Assembly: GCA_002104905.1 (NCBI GenBank)
Contig: MCFE01000518.1
Coordinates: 1-63,171 of the forward strand
Source: Basidiobolus meristosporus CBS 931.73
Taxonomy: Eukaryota; Fungi; Basidiobolomycota
Length of the DNA stretch: 63,171 nt
Direction: 5' to 3'
A model generated the notes under the pieces. The model ran no database searches. It saw only the letters and a program-made list of their open reading frames with translations, and had not been told where the DNA came from. Shown piece by piece: positions 61,907 to 63,171 of the stretch. Each line of letters opens with the position of its first letter. The stretch's first letter is position 1. The translations under genes and the position numbers were made by a program.

Positions 61907-62635
61907 CTAAGCTAAAGTTAAGGCAGTATCCCAGAGTACACTGGAGTTCAGGTTCATGGGGGAGTGAAGTAGATAAGCTTGAGAGATATAATAATCTTTT
62001 AAGAAGTGGGTAACAGCAGGTGAAGGGGAGTTTTTGATAAGTGAAGTGAATCTTGAGATCAGAGATTCCTCTAATGAGAAGGTCTTGTAAACTGGAGAAT
62101 CAGGAAACTCTTTGAAGGCATGGTCAGTAGGTTCCCAGTAAAACTGGTCAGAGACATTTTGAGAGAATTGTGTTGCAATACTTTTGTCAAGTACTACCTC
62201 CAGAGTGTGATGGTTGATAAATCTCATGTTAACAATCTTGGATAAGTTGTAACCTTGTTGCTTGAGATACATCCTATGCTCAGATATAGGAATAAACTCC
62301 ACATTGGCAAAGTAGCAGACAGCCCAGTCAGTAGCAGGAGGCAAATCAGAAGTGGCAGGAAACTTTCTTTTAGTCTTGGGAGGAGCAGCAGGATGTCTTG
62401 AGGAAGCAGGAACAGACTTTTTGACAACTTCAGAGTAGGAAGAGTGAGCAGGAGCAGATGATTCTTGGGGAGTCTTGTTGGCAGGAAGAGTTGGCTCAGG
62501 GACAATAGATTCTTGCAGATCAGAGAAGGCAGAAAAGAGCTTTTGAACTTGTTTCTTGAGTAGAGCATTTTCAGCTTCAACAAGTGCAAGCCTTTCCTCA
62601 AGGAAAGAAATCTGAAGGGAATGGAGTGAAGGCAT
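61907..62635 (-). CDS. Unit U8 (about 61785-62665): second ORF1-only unit, 242 aa
   Basis: Intact ATG-initiated ORF, roughly half identical to U5 by eye. End motif at 61792-61819. Confidence 0.82.
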   Translation of the reverse strand: MPSLHSLQISFLEERLALVEAENALLKKQVQKLFSAFSDLQESIVPEPTLPANKTPQESSAPAHSSYSEVVKKSVPASSRHPAAPPKTKRKFPATSDLPPATDWAVCYFANVEFIPISEHRMYLKQQGYNLSKIVNMRFINHHTLEVVLDKSIATQFSQNVSDQFYWEPTDHAFKEFPDSPVYKTFSLEESLISRFTSLIKNSPSPAVTHFLKDYYISQAYLLHSPMNLNSSVLWDTALTLA

Positions 62636-62680
62636 AAGAAATAAGAAGAAGAGGGTAAGATGGGGTGGGTGGGTTAGGGG

Positions 62681-63030
62681 AGGAAAGTCACCAAGTGGTG
62701 AAATCTTTATTTACTTATGACAAGTATCTAAAGAAGCCAAGTTAATCTGAAGTTATTCCTAGAAAGCTAGGTCTGAGAGATATCTTCCTGGTAAGCCAGG
62801 TCTGAGAGTTGAGAAGCTGAGTGGTACTATATTTCCTAGTTAGCTAGGTCTGAGAGAGGTTTCCTGGAAAGCCAGGCCTGAGAAGTGCGAATCTGAATAT
62901 ATCTGAGCTAAGTTATACTGGTTTGCGGTAGCTGAATTGTGGCCGGAATGGCCAGTAGACTGGGGGAACTGAGATGAATTTCTGGGCGATCACTGGCCAT
63001 ATTTTCTAGGCAAATCTGGCCAATTAGCAT
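62681..63030 (-). mobile_element. Unit U9: terminal copy of the short non-coding unit, capped directly by the telomere
   Basis: End motif at 62687-62712. Matches 61473-61766 and extends about 40 nt further before (TTAGGG)n begins. Confidence 0.8.
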
Positions 63031-63036
63031 TTAGGG

Positions 63037-63077
<41 letters not shown>

Positions 63078-63171
63078 GGTTAGGGTTAGGGTTAGGGTTA
63101 GGGTTAGGGTTAGGGTTAGGGTTAGGGTTAGGGTTAGGGTTAGGGTTAGGGTTAGGGTTAGGGTTAGGGTT
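63031..63171 (+). repeat. Telomere (TTAGGG)n, about 23 repeats, running to the window end
   Basis: Uninterrupted TTAGGG tract with the G-rich strand running 5'->3' toward the end; one TTTAGGG variant at 63055-63061. Confidence 0.98.

Noticed and set aside
53303-62712. Junction motif as a hammerhead ribozyme, and the elements as Penelope-like (Athena/Coprina)
   Set aside because: A hairpin followed by GAAA is present on the plus strand, but there is no CTGANGA core at the required position. The RT has LINE-type motifs and an upstream APE domain, not a PLE RT.
53303-62712. Recurring palindromic motif as a CRISPR-like array
   Set aside because: Spacing is irregular (170-4400 bp), the intervening DNA is retroelement sequence, the context is eukaryotic, and there are no cas genes.
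57132-63030. Frameshifts in U6 and the U7/U9 differences as programmed or biological changes
   Set aside because: The ORF1 shifts fall in homopolymer runs, and U9 differs from U7 mainly by single-base duplications. This is typical of low-coverage long-read error near a contig end and cannot be separated from real decay without reads.

Overview
This is a chromosome-end window of a eukaryote, ending in (TTAGGG)n at 63031-63171. Short GT-AG introns with CTAAC branch sites, a Rhizomucor-type lipase and a secreted trypsin suggest an early-diverging fungus (Zoopagomycota/Mucoromycota-like); the taxon is inference only. Five blocks: (1) 1-19.9 kb, a CpG-depleted nest of Copia, Tf/sushi-type Gypsy, solo LTR, foldback MITE and CACTA-like remnants; (2) 20-37.5 kb, a CpG-rich gene island (large receptor-like membrane protein, Mid2-like protein, mitochondrial NAD+ carrier, trypsin, concentrative nucleoside transporter); (3) 37.6-44.1 kb, Copia debris; (4) 44.4-53.1 kb, two tandem class-3 lipases plus unassignable DNA; (5) 53.3-63.0 kb, the main finding. 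Block 5 is a polarised head-to-tail array of nine retro-units directly under the telomere. It mixes APE-RT non-LTR elements of at least two lineages, two ORF1-only units and a short non-coding unit. All nine end in the same 3' signature (TGGCTTCT box, AATAAA, TCACC/GGTGA hairpin, C-run), and most junctions carry TTAGGG stubs. This resembles the Drosophila HeT-A/TART array but coexists with telomerase-type repeats. In the longest unit, ORF2 has no ATG and follows ORF1 in frame across a TGA-CTA readthrough-type context. Frameshifts near the window end may be long-read errors. No database searches were possible, so family names come from motif recognition.
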